Translations under genes and position numbers: made by a program
The notes under the pieces: generated by a model
The model's input: only the letters and a program-made list of their open reading frames with translations
What the model was told of the DNA's origin: nothing
Database searches by the model: none
Part shown: in pieces, positions 36,488 through 47,375 of the stretch
Layout of the letters: each line of letters begins with the position of its first letter
Numbering within the stretch: the stretch's first letter is position 1
Source: an uncultured Phycisphaerales bacterium
Lineage (GTDB): Bacteria; Planctomycetota; Phycisphaerae; Sedimentisphaerales; Anaerobacaceae
DNA length: 64,000 bases
Assembly (NCBI GenBank): GCA_903857265.1
Contig: CAIODZ010000021.1
Span: 78,794-142,793, forward strand
Direction: 5' to 3'

Positions 36488-37996
36488 TTATTTTGGCGGC
36501 AGGAGTTGATAGCTTACAAACGCGACGTGTTTGCTGTCGGGCGACCAGGACGGGACATTTATAGTTCCCTGCCCGCCAAATAAATTTGTTAAAATTTTCG
36601 GTTTTCCTCCGCTAAGCGGTAATATTCTCAGGACAACGTCCTGGTTCTCGGGATGGTCCTTGACACTTTTGTCGTAGGATACGAACACAAGCCATTTTCC
36701 GTCCGGTGAAGAATGGGCGAACCAGTCGGCATAATCTTTATCGGAAGTAATCTGTTGCTGGTCGCTGCCATCGGCGTTCATACGCCAGATTTTCATCAGG
36801 CCGGTCCGGTCGGAATTGAAGAAAATATATTTGCCATCGGACGTATAATCGGAACCGTCGTCTTTGCCCGGAGTATTGGTCAATCGGGTTTCTTCGCCGC
36901 CTTCAACGGGGATTGTGTAAATATCAAACTCATTGTTTCTTTCGGCACAATAGGCAAGGGTCTTTCCATCAGGAGACCAGCCATGCCAGTAGGAAGGCGC
37001 CTTCGGGGTTACAAGACGAGCTGCACCGCCCGTAATCGGCAGGACGTAGATTCGGGATCTGCCGTCGGTATGCCCGCTGCTGACGGCGAGAAGTTTGCCG
37101 TCCGGCGAGAGGCCGTGGTCATTGTTGCATTTTTTGGCTTCGCCTGTATCGAGCAATTGAGGAATGCCTCCTTCGACGGGAATCGTATAGATAAGCCCGT
37201 TGCTGTTAAACACGAGTGTTTTGCCGTCCGGGGTCCAGTTTGGCGCTTCAAAACGCTGACGGGCACGATATACGATTTTTCGTTCGCCGTTTTCGACAGA
37301 GATTGTTTCAAGTGTGCTTTCGAGAACGCGTCCTTTCATATTTACCACCCCTTGTTTTTCAAGTTTAACATTGGTAAATACAGCGGTTTCAGCCGTGTTG
37401 ACGTCGTGAGAGCAAACCACCAAACCCGCATAAACCGGGTCCGTCAGTTTCATTGTTACCGAGCCGACAATCTGGAATGTCTTGCCGTCGGGAGCGACGG
37501 AAAGCGTATAGTTATCGGCGTGGCGTTCGAGCTTTATTGTCGCAAACCCTTTTACGGTTCGGAGTATTTCAAGGTCGTCGCTCATTTCGCCGCCTTTGAC
37601 TGGACGCCACTGCAAAGCGATAAGGCCATCGCCGTGGACAATGGCGCCGATAAAGGCAGAATCCTTGTCAAGCGTCTGGCGGACAATCCAGCCGGCCTTG
37701 CGATGAGGGACTTTGCCTTTCCCGACAAAGTTAATATCCGCAACCATAACCAGGTCGCCATCAAGCTTATTATAGAGGAAATAAAAGGCGTCCTTGTTAA
37801 ACCACATATTGTAGCCGCTGGCGGTGATTCTGTATTCGTTTTTAGCGGCGTCAAACGATGCGGAGCCGGGAATGCCGATATCGCAGGCATCGCCCACATC
37901 GCCCTGCCCCTCGAATTGGCCAACTGCCGCCGTTGAGATATTGGTGAAAATCGCCATGGAGCAAATCGTAACACAACACAAAATCACACGCACCAT
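36488..37996 (-). CDS. secreted TolB-like beta-propeller (PD40 repeat) protein with an N-terminal lectin-like beta-sandwich
   Basis: Signal peptide. Repeated SPDGK/WSPDGK/TSDGK blades in the C-terminal 300 aa. Confidence 0.85.
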   Translation of the reverse strand: MVRVILCCVTICSMAIFTNISTAAVGQFEGQGDVGDACDIGIPGSASFDAAKNEYRITASGYNMWFNKDAFYFLYNKLDGDLVMVADINFVGKGKVPHRKAGWIVRQTLDKDSAFIGAIVHGDGLIALQWRPVKGGEMSDDLEILRTVKGFATIKLERHADNYTLSVAPDGKTFQIVGSVTMKLTDPVYAGLVVCSHDVNTAETAVFTNVKLEKQGVVNMKGRVLESTLETISVENGERKIVYRARQRFEAPNWTPDGKTLVFNSNGLIYTIPVEGGIPQLLDTGEAKKCNNDHGLSPDGKLLAVSSGHTDGRSRIYVLPITGGAARLVTPKAPSYWHGWSPDGKTLAYCAERNNEFDIYTIPVEGGEETRLTNTPGKDDGSDYTSDGKYIFFNSDRTGLMKIWRMNADGSDQQQITSDKDYADWFAHSSPDGKWLVFVSYDKSVKDHPENQDVVLRILPLSGGKPKILTNLFGGQGTINVPSWSPDSKHVAFVSYQLLPPK

Positions 37997-38022
37997 AATT
38001 TCGCCCTTCCTTATTATTGTTT

Positions 38023-39246
38023 TTACTGCTTGGTTTTTCTTACGGGCTTTTCACGAACGAACCGACTTATATTGCGAACCGCCTGGCGGAGTCGCTGCTC
38101 GTTTTCAACCAGCGCAATCCTGACGTATCCTTCGCCATTTTCGCCGAATGCCCCGCCCGCAGCAACGGCGACCTCCGCGTATTCAACAAGGTCCATAGAA
38201 TAATCTAAGGTGTTTTTGCCTTTGAGATGCTCCTGGGGGATTTTCGCCCAGACGAACATACCGGCCCGCGGTTTAGGGGCTTCCCAGCCGATGCGGGTAA
38301 GGCCGTCGCAGAGAACATCGCGTCGGGACTGGTATTTTTTATTCTGTTCAATAATATCCTTTGCGCAGTGTCTCATCGCGATGATGCCTGCAATCTGCAC
38401 CGCCTGGAAAATGCCGTAATCGTAATAGCCCTTTATGGTGGCTAAGTAGTCAATCATATCCTTGTTGCCGGCAGCAAAGCCGATTCTGAAGCCAGCCATA
38501 CTGTAGGGCTTGCTCATAGTGGTAAATTCGACGCCCACGTCTTTTGCGCCTTTTGCGGAAAGAAAGCTCGGTGCTTTATAGCCATCAAAGCAGGTTTCGC
38601 CATAGGCGAAATCGTGAATGACAGCTATGCCGAATCGTTTGGCGATATCGATGATTGGCTCAAAAAAGCCCTCATCGACCGTCATCGCAGTCGGGTTGTG
38701 CGGGTAGTTCAAAATAAGCAGTTTGGGCTTGGGATACAGGTGCTCACAGACCATAACTATATTATCTATGAACTTCTGGTCGCAGCCCAGCGGGAGTGAT
38801 ATGACGTTTGCGCCGGCAAGAGCAACGGCGTAGTTATGAATCGGGAACGCGGGGTCGGGCACAATGGCCGTATCGCCAGGCCCGAGCATTGCCAGACACA
38901 TATGGCTGAACCCTTCCTTTGACCCGATACAGGCAAGCACCTCTTTTTCTGGGTCCAGTTCCACATTCCAGTTGCGGGCATACTTCTTCGCCATTTCGTT
39001 GCGCAGCCCTTTGATACCACGGGATGCGCTGTAACGGTGGTTCCTAGGGTCTCTGGCGGCCTCACAAAGCTTATCAACAACAATCTGCGGGGCCCCGTCA
39101 ACGGGATTACCCATACCAAGGTCGATAAGGTCTGCGCCCGCCTGGCGTTTTGCGTGTTTAAGGGCATTCAGACGCGCAAACAAATATGGCGGTAATCTTG
39201 TTATCCTTTGCGATGGCTCAATCTTAAATTCGCTCATAATAATCAT
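38023..39246 (-). CDS. PLP-dependent class I/II aminotransferase, AlaC(YfdZ)-like
   Basis: RLPPYLFARLN...DLIDLGMGNP, SKPYSMAGFRIGF (PLP-Lys). The layout is close to E. coli AlaC over the full length, judged from memory of that sequence. Confidence 0.85.
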   Translation of the reverse strand: MIIMSEFKIEPSQRITRLPPYLFARLNALKHAKRQAGADLIDLGMGNPVDGAPQIVVDKLCEAARDPRNHRYSASRGIKGLRNEMAKKYARNWNVELDPEKEVLACIGSKEGFSHMCLAMLGPGDTAIVPDPAFPIHNYAVALAGANVISLPLGCDQKFIDNIVMVCEHLYPKPKLLILNYPHNPTAMTVDEGFFEPIIDIAKRFGIAVIHDFAYGETCFDGYKAPSFLSAKGAKDVGVEFTTMSKPYSMAGFRIGFAAGNKDMIDYLATIKGYYDYGIFQAVQIAGIIAMRHCAKDIIEQNKKYQSRRDVLCDGLTRIGWEAPKPRAGMFVWAKIPQEHLKGKNTLDYSMDLVEYAEVAVAAGGAFGENGEGYVRIALVENEQRLRQAVRNISRFVREKPVRKTKQ

Positions 39247-39343
39247 CTCACAAATTAAAAAGGGGGTATTCAGCTATAATCGACAAGCATACCGCAAAGG
39301 GGTTAATTTTCAAAGGATTTTGTAGCAGAGGTAAACTGCTGAA

Positions 39344-40726
39344 TCAGACCAGCTCGCCGAACAGGGTAAGGGGGGTTGTTCGGGTGATTTTGACGTTTGC
39401 GAACCGGCCCGCGAGGGTTTCGGAACCATCGAAAATAGCAATCCAGTCGCCCGCGGTCCTGCCGATAAGCTGAGGCAGGTTGCCGGGCTGATGCGATTTT
39501 TTGCTTGGTCCTTCGACGAGGACTTTGACGGTTTGGCCTGTGAACTCAGAGGCGAGGGCCCTGCTTATTTCCTCCTGCACCTTTAGAAGCTCGTGGTTTC
39601 GATGTTCCTTGATTTCCTGCGGGACGTCATCTTCCAGCCGTTTGTCGGCGATAGTGCCGGGTCTGGGTGAGTATTTGAAAATGAAGGAATTTTTGTATCG
39701 TGCCTTTTTGACAAGGTCAGCGGTTTGAGCGAAATCGTCATCGGTTTCGCCTGGGAAGCCGACGATAAAATCACCCGCAATGGCGATATCGGGCACGATT
39801 TGGCGGGCAATATCGAGCAGCTCAAGGTATTCCGCCGAGGTATAGCCGCGGTTCATCGCCTTGAGGATTTGGTCTGAGCCGCTTTGTGCGGGGATGTGCA
39901 GGTATCGGCAAACCTTTGGCAGATTTACCATCGCCTGCATAATCTCTTTGAAATACTTTTTAGACGGGTAACTTGTAACGAACTTTATCCATTCGACGCC
40001 ATCGATTTTACTTATCATTTCAAGGAGGTCAGCAAGGCAATAGGTTTTATCGCCCGCTTTGTATTCGTAAGCGTTGATTCTCTGGCCAAGCAGGGTAATT
40101 TGTTTGATACCATTTTGAGCAAGGCGTTTGGTCTGCTCGATTATTGCCTCAGGCGGGCGTGATGTTTCAGGCCCACGGACGTAAGGCACAACGCAATATG
40201 AGCAGAATTTATCGCAGCCATGCATTGCCCGCACATACGCCTGAGCCGGTATATCTGTATCATCGCCGCTGTATTCGATTTCAAACCGTTCGAGCGATTG
40301 AGCATCAGGCGATATTTGGCGAATCTTTTCCGTAACAGCCACCGTTTTTTTCTTTTCCTGCAATGCCTCGGTTATCAGCCGGGGTATTTCGGCGATTTGG
40401 GCTGGGCCGCAGACGATATCCACTGCTGATTGCTTAAATAACTCATCGCCTAATCGCTGTGCCATACAGCCAATAACGCCTACCACCAAATCCGGCCTCG
40501 ATTCCTTAATGTGTTTGAGATTCCCCAGATGCGACATAACCCGCTGCTCTGCGTGGTCTCGCACCGAGCAGGTATTTATCAGGACGACATCCGCGTCTTT
40601 AGCATTATCGACAAACTGATAGCCCGCATCCATTAGCGATGATTCAACAATCGCCGAATCCAGCTTGTTCATCTGACAGCCAAACGTCTGTAAGAAAATT
40701 TTCCGATTAGAATCAGGAGTTTTCAT
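39344..40726 (-). CDS. miaB: tRNA-2-methylthio-N6-dimethylallyladenosine synthase
   Basis: UPF0004 N-terminal domain (TFGCQMN), radical SAM motif CDKFCSYCVVP, C-terminal TRAM domain. Confidence 0.92.
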   Translation of the reverse strand: MKTPDSNRKIFLQTFGCQMNKLDSAIVESSLMDAGYQFVDNAKDADVVLINTCSVRDHAEQRVMSHLGNLKHIKESRPDLVVGVIGCMAQRLGDELFKQSAVDIVCGPAQIAEIPRLITEALQEKKKTVAVTEKIRQISPDAQSLERFEIEYSGDDTDIPAQAYVRAMHGCDKFCSYCVVPYVRGPETSRPPEAIIEQTKRLAQNGIKQITLLGQRINAYEYKAGDKTYCLADLLEMISKIDGVEWIKFVTSYPSKKYFKEIMQAMVNLPKVCRYLHIPAQSGSDQILKAMNRGYTSAEYLELLDIARQIVPDIAIAGDFIVGFPGETDDDFAQTADLVKKARYKNSFIFKYSPRPGTIADKRLEDDVPQEIKEHRNHELLKVQEEISRALASEFTGQTVKVLVEGPSKKSHQPGNLPQLIGRTAGDWIAIFDGSETLAGRFANVKITRTTPLTLFGELV

Positions 40727-40746
40727 AAATTACGATGCCGTTGGCG

Positions 40747-41508
40747 TTATTTTTCCGCGACAACGAGCATTTCAAAATCCTCCGGAGTCAGCTTATCTTT
40801 TCTTGAGAATGCCCCGAGTTTCGCTCCAAGAATATCTATTTTTTTATACCCAAGCGTTTTTAAAAGCCAGGTTATCTCACTGGGCACATAATAACGCTCA
40901 TCACATTCTAATTCTTTTTTATTTCCCGCGTCATCCTCGAAGACGGCGGTGTTATGATCCCGTAATGTCATCAAATCGAACGTGTTGCTTTTGTATATGG
41001 TTCTATTTTCATTACCCTGCGACTCAGATAATTTTGTAACTGAATGGTAAAGAGGAAACAGCCCGTTTAATGTTGTAAATATAAATTTCCCTTTATCTTT
41101 CAACGCCCTGGTCACATTTTTAAGTATCTCGAAATTCATTTCGTCCGTTTCCATCAAAGGAAAACCGCCTTCACAGAGCATTATTGCGGCATCGAATTTA
41201 CCGTCAAAGGGAAGATTCCTGGCATCGTGTTTTTGAAAGTCAATTTTCAGACCGGACTGTTTTGCTTTTTGTCTTGCCCAGGCAAGCTGGGATTCAGACA
41301 AGTCAATTCCCGTAACGCGATACCCTCTTTTAGTCAGCTCAATCGAATGCCTTCCCGTGCCGCAGCCGACGTCAATTATTTTTAAAGATTTGTCATAATC
41401 CAGTTCCTGTTCGATAAAATCACATTCGCCAAGTGTTCCCTGGACATAACACTCCTTATCATACTTCTGTCCATAATTTTCGAATAATGATTCATACCAT
41501 TGTTTCAT
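40747..41508 (-). CDS. class I SAM-dependent methyltransferase
   Basis: Motif I IIDVGCGTGRHS. Confidence 0.85.
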   Translation of the reverse strand: MKQWYESLFENYGQKYDKECYVQGTLGECDFIEQELDYDKSLKIIDVGCGTGRHSIELTKRGYRVTGIDLSESQLAWARQKAKQSGLKIDFQKHDARNLPFDGKFDAAIMLCEGGFPLMETDEMNFEILKNVTRALKDKGKFIFTTLNGLFPLYHSVTKLSESQGNENRTIYKSNTFDLMTLRDHNTAVFEDDAGNKKELECDERYYVPSEITWLLKTLGYKKIDILGAKLGAFSRKDKLTPEDFEMLVVAEK

Positions 41509-41523
41509 CGTTACCTCCCATAG

Positions 41524-42069
41524 TTATAAATTGGCAAGCCATTGTTTCGTGGTCATGACCTTACTGAATCGCATCGCCTGAGTAACCAGAATCGCCCGGT
41601 GCAGCTCTTCGGCGGTAACAGAGCCCGCCGGATTGGAAAAAGCGAGCGTGCCTGTGGCGTCGGAAAGGAACTCGACCGCAAAACCGAGGTGAAACGCCTG
41701 GCGAGCGGTAGTATCACAGCACATCTGGGTCATATAGCCGGCAATGACAACCGTATCGACCTGCCGTTCCCAGAGCCATGATTCAAGAATTGTTCCGGTA
41801 AAGCTGCCGGGGAATGTTTTTTCGATAAGGATATCTCGTTTGCGGCGCTCTATCTGGGGGTGCAGCATCCAACTTTCGCTTCCTTTCTGGAATCCTTTGG
41901 AAAGCGGAGTAATCGCAGAATGCTGAATAACGACAATCGGGATGCCACGGGAGGCGGCTTCGTCCATTACCTTAAGGATATTCTCGAAGCTTCCCGCCGG
42001 GTAAACCACTTTGAGACCTTCGGCGAAATACACATTCTGCACATCGATGACTATTAAAGCTCTTTTCAT
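41524..42069 (-). CDS. isochorismatase-family cysteine hydrolase
   Basis: [12 protein letters not shown], a conserved Lys region, and the catalytic Cys context MTQMCCDTT. Confidence 0.85.
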   Translation of the reverse strand: MKRALIVIDVQNVYFAEGLKVVYPAGSFENILKVMDEAASRGIPIVVIQHSAITPLSKGFQKGSESWMLHPQIERRKRDILIEKTFPGSFTGTILESWLWERQVDTVVIAGYMTQMCCDTTARQAFHLGFAVEFLSDATGTLAFSNPAGSVTAEELHRAILVTQAMRFSKVMTTKQWLANL

Positions 42070-42719
42070 ATTTTTTCCTTCGTGGCAAAGCGTGCGCCCA
42101 TCTCAAAGGCCTTCTGGCAATCCTTGGGGAATATCTCTTTTCGCCTTTTTAATTTCTGCACGGGGTCAAACCGCGGTGCTACTACTTTTGAATAATCCTC
42201 GAACTGCAAGGTATCAAAGCTTAAAAGCGTATCGCCTGAGCCGAAGATTATTTTCAGAAGGCGTTCAATATTTGCGAAGCGTTGTTGATAGCCGAACTGG
42301 TCCATTGCTTGCTCGCTAACGCCCATCGTATAAATAAACCCTGTGTGAATCTTTTTCGGAAAAAGCGACGCCGGCGGGTCGCTATAAATAATATACGGGA
42401 AAACAAGCCGCTCCATAAACGACTGCATTGCACCGGTGATAGTTCCCAGATAAACAGGCGAACCAAAAATAACGGCATCGACCGTTTCCACCTTTTCAAA
42501 AATAGGCTTCAGGGCGTCTTTTACCGCGCATTTGCCGTAGCTAACGCCCTCTTTCTTCTTGCAGGCAAAACAACTAATACAGCCCTTATACTTTAAATCA
42601 TATAAATGTATAAGCTCTGTTTGTGCCCCCTGTGATGATGCGCCTTCAAGGGCTTTTTTAAGCAGGGTTGCCGTATTCCACTCTTTTCTCGGGCTGCCGT
42701 TAAATGCGATTATTTTCAT
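42066..42719 (-). CDS. flavodoxin-like fold NAD(P)H-dependent FMN reductase / iron-sulfur flavoprotein-like
   Basis: [16 protein letters not shown] start and a CISCFAC cluster. The ATG at 42719 has a GGAGG 8 nt upstream. The stop overlaps the next start as ATGA. Confidence 0.8.
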   Translation of the reverse strand: MKIIAFNGSPRKEWNTATLLKKALEGASSQGAQTELIHLYDLKYKGCISCFACKKKEGVSYGKCAVKDALKPIFEKVETVDAVIFGSPVYLGTITGAMQSFMERLVFPYIIYSDPPASLFPKKIHTGFIYTMGVSEQAMDQFGYQQRFANIERLLKIIFGSGDTLLSFDTLQFEDYSKVVAPRFDPVQKLKRRKEIFPKDCQKAFEMGARFATKEKI

Positions 42720-42759
42720 TGGAATATACCTCCAGTTATCGGTTTCGCAATTTTCCTCC

Positions 42760-43050
42760 TTAAACTCCATTCACCACAATTGCATTAGTTTTGGCTGACT
42801 GCTCGCGAAGGGGCGATACCACCCGATACTCCGGCGAGCGCCACCATGCGTGGAATTTTTCCATCGAGGCAAACTCAACAATAATCAGCCGGGCGGGTTT
42901 CCAGTCGCCGGAAACAACCGTTACTTCGCCACCGCGGGCGAGATATTTGCCGCCAAACTTTTCGATGGTACGCGGGACTTTCTCGATATACTCACCGTAT
43001 TTGGCCCTATCCATAATTTCTTTGGCTTCGATAATCATATAGACCGACAT
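42760..43050 (-). CDS. DUF1330 family protein
   Basis: MSVYMIIEAKEI...GG.YLARGG...W.P.R..IVEF.S...A..WY.S.EY pattern. I prefer the internal ATG at 43050, which has an upstream GGAAAGGGG. Confidence 0.75.
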   Translation of the reverse strand: MSVYMIIEAKEIMDRAKYGEYIEKVPRTIEKFGGKYLARGGEVTVVSGDWKPARLIIVEFASMEKFHAWWRSPEYRVVSPLREQSAKTNAIVVNGV

Positions 43051-43293
43051 AATTTTCCCCTTTCCTTCAGTATCATGTTCATCAGCAGCCGCAGGCAGAG
43101 AAATAATAATTTCACAGCCGCTTAATTTGGATACTCCATAAAACCCCGTGCCGTTACGTAAACCAGCAAGTATAGTAAAAATACGCGATAAAAGCAACGC
43201 AGGCGAACAACCATCCCCGAAGGTTGTTTATTTTACACAGGCGGGCGATTATATTGTTAATCGCAAAAACCATATGCAATTAAGGGTTAAGAG

Positions 43294-45990
43294 ATGACGC
43301 AGTGGTGGCAAATCAGCATCGAGCAAGTATCCAAAAATCTTGGGACGGATTTATCGGGCGGGCTGACCTCTCAGGAAGCAGCCGGCAGGTTAACTAAATA
43401 CGGCTCCAACCAGTTAGAGGAGAAGAAAGCCATTTCTCCCTGGAGGATTTTCTTAGGCCAGTTCGAGGATTTTATTATCTGGGTGCTTATCGTAGCAGCG
43501 ATTGTATCGGGTTTCCTGCAGGAATGGATTGACGCGTTAGCGATTATAGCAATCGTGGTTCTCAACGCGATACTGGGCTTTATACAGGAATATCGCGCCG
43601 AGAAATCGCTTGCTGCGCTGAAGAAACTCTCAAGCCCGTCATCCAAAATAATCCGAGATGGGAAGCACGCGGTCATATCGTCTTTTGAGCTTGTGCCGGG
43701 CGACCTTATTGAGCTTGAGGCAGGTGATAACATACCAGCCGACAGCCGGGTGGTATGGCTGACCGCGAATTTCGCCGTGCAAGAGGCGAGTTTGACGGGT
43801 GAATCAACACCGGTGGCGAAAACAATCGAGGCGCTGGAAGAAAAAGACGTCCCATTGGCTGACAGGGCCAATATGGTTTATATGGGGACATCGGTCGCGG
43901 GAGGCAAGGCGAGAGCCGTTGTCGCCGAAACAGCGATGCGGACTGAGCTTGGCAAAATCGCAGGTATGATTCAGGAAATCAAGCGGGATTCTACGCCTTT
44001 GCAGAAAAAGCTCGAGCAGTTCAGCAAATGGATAGTTTACGCGTGTTTTGTGCTGGTGGCGATGGTTTTTGTGCTGGGCGTTATGCGGGGCGGGAAATGG
44101 CTGGATATGTTCCTTACCTCGGTGAGTTTGGCGGTCGCTGCTATCCCGGAGGGTATGCCCGCGGTGGTAACAATAGCCCTTGCGCTGGGGGTTCAGAGAA
44201 TGGTCGCACGCCACGCACTCATTCGCAAACTGCCCTCAGTTGAGACGCTTGGCTGCGCGACCGTTATATGCTCCGACAAAACAGGCACGCTTACCAGGAA
44301 CGAAATGACCGTCCAGGCGGTTTACGCCGACTGCAAACAATTCAAAGTAACCGGCGTCGGCTACGAGCCGAAGGGAGATTTCCTGCTGGACGGCAAATTA
44401 ACAAAACCAGCCGACTACCCGACGCTTAACAAGGCATTACTTTGCGGGACGCTTTGCAACGGCGCACAATTGATTCGTGAAAGTGACAGGTTCAAAATTT
44501 TCGGTGACCCGACGGAGGCGGCCATCTTAACCGCAGCGGCCAAAGCGGATATATGGAAAGAAAAGGCGGAAACCGATTGGCAATTCGTTACGGAGATACC
44601 ATTCGATTCCGAACGAAAGAAAATGACCATAATCCGCGAAAATTCAGGCAGGCGAATCGCCTTTGTAAAAGGAGCTCCGGATATCCTGCTCGGCGACTGC
44701 ACAAAAATCGAATTGGCCGGTGCAATTAGAAACCTGCTCCCGAAGGACAGAGAATATATTTTGAACGCCAACAATCACATGGCAAACGACGCGATGCGGG
44801 TACTGGGTCTGGCATATAAAGAATTAGACAGCGCCGATACAAACTACCAAGCCGAGACAATTGAAAAAGACCTGATTTTCGCGGGGCTTGTCGCGATGAT
44901 TGACCCGCCTCGCGAGGAGGTTAAAAAGGCCATACAGGATTGCATGACCGCTTCGATAAGAACCGTGATGATTACGGGCGACCATAAGAATACCGCAGTC
45001 GCCATAGCGAAGGATTTGGGATTTTTCCAGGCGGACTCGGTTGCGCTCACCGGCGAAGAATTGGACAAGATAACCGACGAACAGCTCGCGCAGCAGGTGA
45101 AAAAAGCAAGCGTTTACGCGCGTGTATCGCCTGAGCATAAACTGCGTGTTGTGCGTGCGCTTCGGCGTCAAAACGAGGTGGTCGCGATGACGGGCGACGG
45201 CGTCAACGATGCGCCCGCGCTCAAGGAGGCAGACATAGGCGTCGCAATGGGCATCACCGGAACCGACGTAACCAAAGAGGTCTCCGATATGATTGTTACC
45301 GACGATAATTTCGCGTCAATCGTGGCTGCCGTCGAGGAAGGCAGGGGTATTTATGACAATATCAAAAAATTCATTCATTATCTGCTCTCCTGCAACACGG
45401 GCGAAATACTTGTTATGTTCGTTTCGTCGCTCATTGGCTGGCCCGTGCCGTTATTACCGATTCAAATCCTGTGGGTGAATTTAGTAACTGACGGGCTTCC
45501 TGCCCTTGCGCTGGGAGTTGACCCAATCGACCCCAACGTTATGAAACGCAGGCCACGCCCGCCAAAAGAGCCGGTCGTTACAAGACAAAGGGCTTTCCTG
45601 ATGCTCGCGCAGGGTGTATTTATCGCTTTTTGCAGTTTGGCGGCGTTTTACTTTGTGATGTTTATCGAAAAGGAAGGTTTGCCGCGGGCGAGAACTGCCG
45701 CATTCGTGGTACTCTCATGCAGCCAGTTGTTCCACGCCTTTAACTGTCGAAGCCAGACCGAGTCGCTGTTCAAACTCGGCATATTCACAAACACCAAGCT
45801 GCTCTGGGCAGCGGGGATATCGTTCCTGCTGCAAATGATGGTAGTTTATGTGCCCTTCTTCCGGACGATTTTCAAGACGGAGATGTTGACGACATTCGAC
45901 TGGTGCATGGTAATTGCTATTTCGTCGCTACCTCTGTGGGCGACGGAAATCATCAAGGCGATCCGAAGTTATCGACTTATCTCTGACTGA
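43294..45990 (+). CDS. P-type ATPase, Ca2+-transporting (P2A/P2B-like)
   Basis: CSDKTGTLT phosphorylation site, [21 protein letters not shown], 10 TM layout, 898 aa. Confidence 0.95.
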   Translation: MTQWWQISIEQVSKNLGTDLSGGLTSQEAAGRLTKYGSNQLEEKKAISPWRIFLGQFEDFIIWVLIVAAIVSGFLQEWIDALAIIAIVVLNAILGFIQEYRAEKSLAALKKLSSPSSKIIRDGKHAVISSFELVPGDLIELEAGDNIPADSRVVWLTANFAVQEASLTGESTPVAKTIEALEEKDVPLADRANMVYMGTSVAGGKARAVVAETAMRTELGKIAGMIQEIKRDSTPLQKKLEQFSKWIVYACFVLVAMVFVLGVMRGGKWLDMFLTSVSLAVAAIPEGMPAVVTIALALGVQRMVARHALIRKLPSVETLGCATVICSDKTGTLTRNEMTVQAVYADCKQFKVTGVGYEPKGDFLLDGKLTKPADYPTLNKALLCGTLCNGAQLIRESDRFKIFGDPTEAAILTAAAKADIWKEKAETDWQFVTEIPFDSERKKMTIIRENSGRRIAFVKGAPDILLGDCTKIELAGAIRNLLPKDREYILNANNHMANDAMRVLGLAYKELDSADTNYQAETIEKDLIFAGLVAMIDPPREEVKKAIQDCMTASIRTVMITGDHKNTAVAIAKDLGFFQADSVALTGEELDKITDEQLAQQVKKASVYARVSPEHKLRVVRALRRQNEVVAMTGDGVNDAPALKEADIGVAMGITGTDVTKEVSDMIVTDDNFASIVAAVEEGRGIYDNIKKFIHYLLSCNTGEILVMFVSSLIGWPVPLLPIQILWVNLVTDGLPALALGVDPIDPNVMKRRPRPPKEPVVTRQRAFLMLAQGVFIAFCSLAAFYFVMFIEKEGLPRARTAAFVVLSCSQLFHAFNCRSQTESLFKLGIFTNTKLLWAAGISFLLQMMVVYVPFFRTIFKTEMLTTFDWCMVIAISSLPLWATEIIKAIRSYRLISD

Positions 45991-47281
45991 TGTCCCGATT
46001 TAACTGCCTTTGCAGGTCTTTGAGGCGGTTTGTCTCGTCGAAGCCGAGCAGGATAACGGGGAAAGCGGTCTTATTGTGCAATAACGGCTCATCGATATCG
46101 ACCCATTTGCGGCAAAGCTCGCCATCGGGTGTGCCCGGTATGGGCGAAAAATCGGCTAACATCCCCCGTATGCCAAGGCGATTCACAAAACGCATCGATT
46201 CTTCCAAATCAGCAACGTTGGTTTTCGGATGGCCCAGAATCTGATAAGCGGTGATATTATTCGGTTCCGCACCCGCGGATTTCAGATTCGCCACCGCCCC
46301 TGCTAACTCCTCTGAAAAAACCTTTGAGCCGGTTTGCTGTTGCCAATCTCTCGATGTGCTTTCAAAACCAAGATAAAAACACTTGAAGCCCGCCCGTACC
46401 ATTAAATCCGCGAGGTCTTTTGTTACAAAGCGTGCGTTAATCGCATTGGGGCTGTGAAAATTTACTTTTATATCTCGCTTAATGACCTCATCGAAAAACG
46501 GAACCAGAACATTCTTAGCATCGAATAACAAAGCATCATCATAAAACGCGACGTTTCTCGCTCCAAGTTTCACAAGAAGCTCCAGTTCCGCCAACGACCT
46601 TTCCAAAGACCGGGGCCGAAACTTGCCATATACTTTTGGCACAAGACAATACGTGCATTCGAAAGGACAGCCATCGCTGAGCTTCAATACCCCGACGCTT
46701 AATTTATCGTATGCCTCCCAAAGACCCGGCTGATTCAAATCCGGTTCAATCCCCGTGAAATCCCAAACCGGCCCAAGGTCATTACCCTCGACAAGCAAAT
46801 CCGCGCCGAGTTTTTCGGCGTGGCTACGACACAGCGTTACATAGTTGCCGCCGACGATTATTTTGGCAGCAGGTATCGCCCGCCTGATATCCTCTATTAC
46901 CTCTTGCACGCCCGGATACCAGTAGGTCATTACGGTGCCGACAAAAACAAAATCGTAGCCCGTGTTTTTGGCGAGAAAATTCTGAAAGACCGACCTTGGC
47001 AGGCCAAACCGCCTGAAAGAACGCGGTATATCTTTCAAACAATCAGGATTGGGAATTTTCTCGAAATAAAACCTGCCCCTGCCCCACTGGTCGCTCTCGA
47101 TTTCCCTGTGAGCCGAATAAAAAGGATGCAGGCGGTCGAGGTAATCGAAGAGGGTAAATTCCGCCCTGCTCCGAAGGTATCCCGCGATGCTCAACAGGCC
47201 ATAGGGCTTGAGCCAGAAATCATACGCGGCGAAATCATATATAGGCGGATTTACAAGTAATATCTTTGGCGTCGCTGACAC
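45977..47281 (-). CDS. B12-binding-domain radical SAM protein (GTG start)
   Basis: N-terminal ILLVNPP cobalamin-binding-like region and the radical SAM cluster CPFECTYC. Confidence 0.85.
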   Translation of the reverse strand: MSATPKILLVNPPIYDFAAYDFWLKPYGLLSIAGYLRSRAEFTLFDYLDRLHPFYSAHREIESDQWGRGRFYFEKIPNPDCLKDIPRSFRRFGLPRSVFQNFLAKNTGYDFVFVGTVMTYWYPGVQEVIEDIRRAIPAAKIIVGGNYVTLCRSHAEKLGADLLVEGNDLGPVWDFTGIEPDLNQPGLWEAYDKLSVGVLKLSDGCPFECTYCLVPKVYGKFRPRSLERSLAELELLVKLGARNVAFYDDALLFDAKNVLVPFFDEVIKRDIKVNFHSPNAINARFVTKDLADLMVRAGFKCFYLGFESTSRDWQQQTGSKVFSEELAGAVANLKSAGAEPNNITAYQILGHPKTNVADLEESMRFVNRLGIRGMLADFSPIPGTPDGELCRKWVDIDEPLLHNKTAFPVILLGFDETNRLKDLQRQLNRDISQR

Positions 47282-47375
47282 GGTTCGATTGCCTTAAAAA
47301 CAACATCAAAAATAATCAACAAGCATCGGCAATCGGCGTTTTTTGTCAATAGTTTTCTGACGGAAGAGGAACAAC

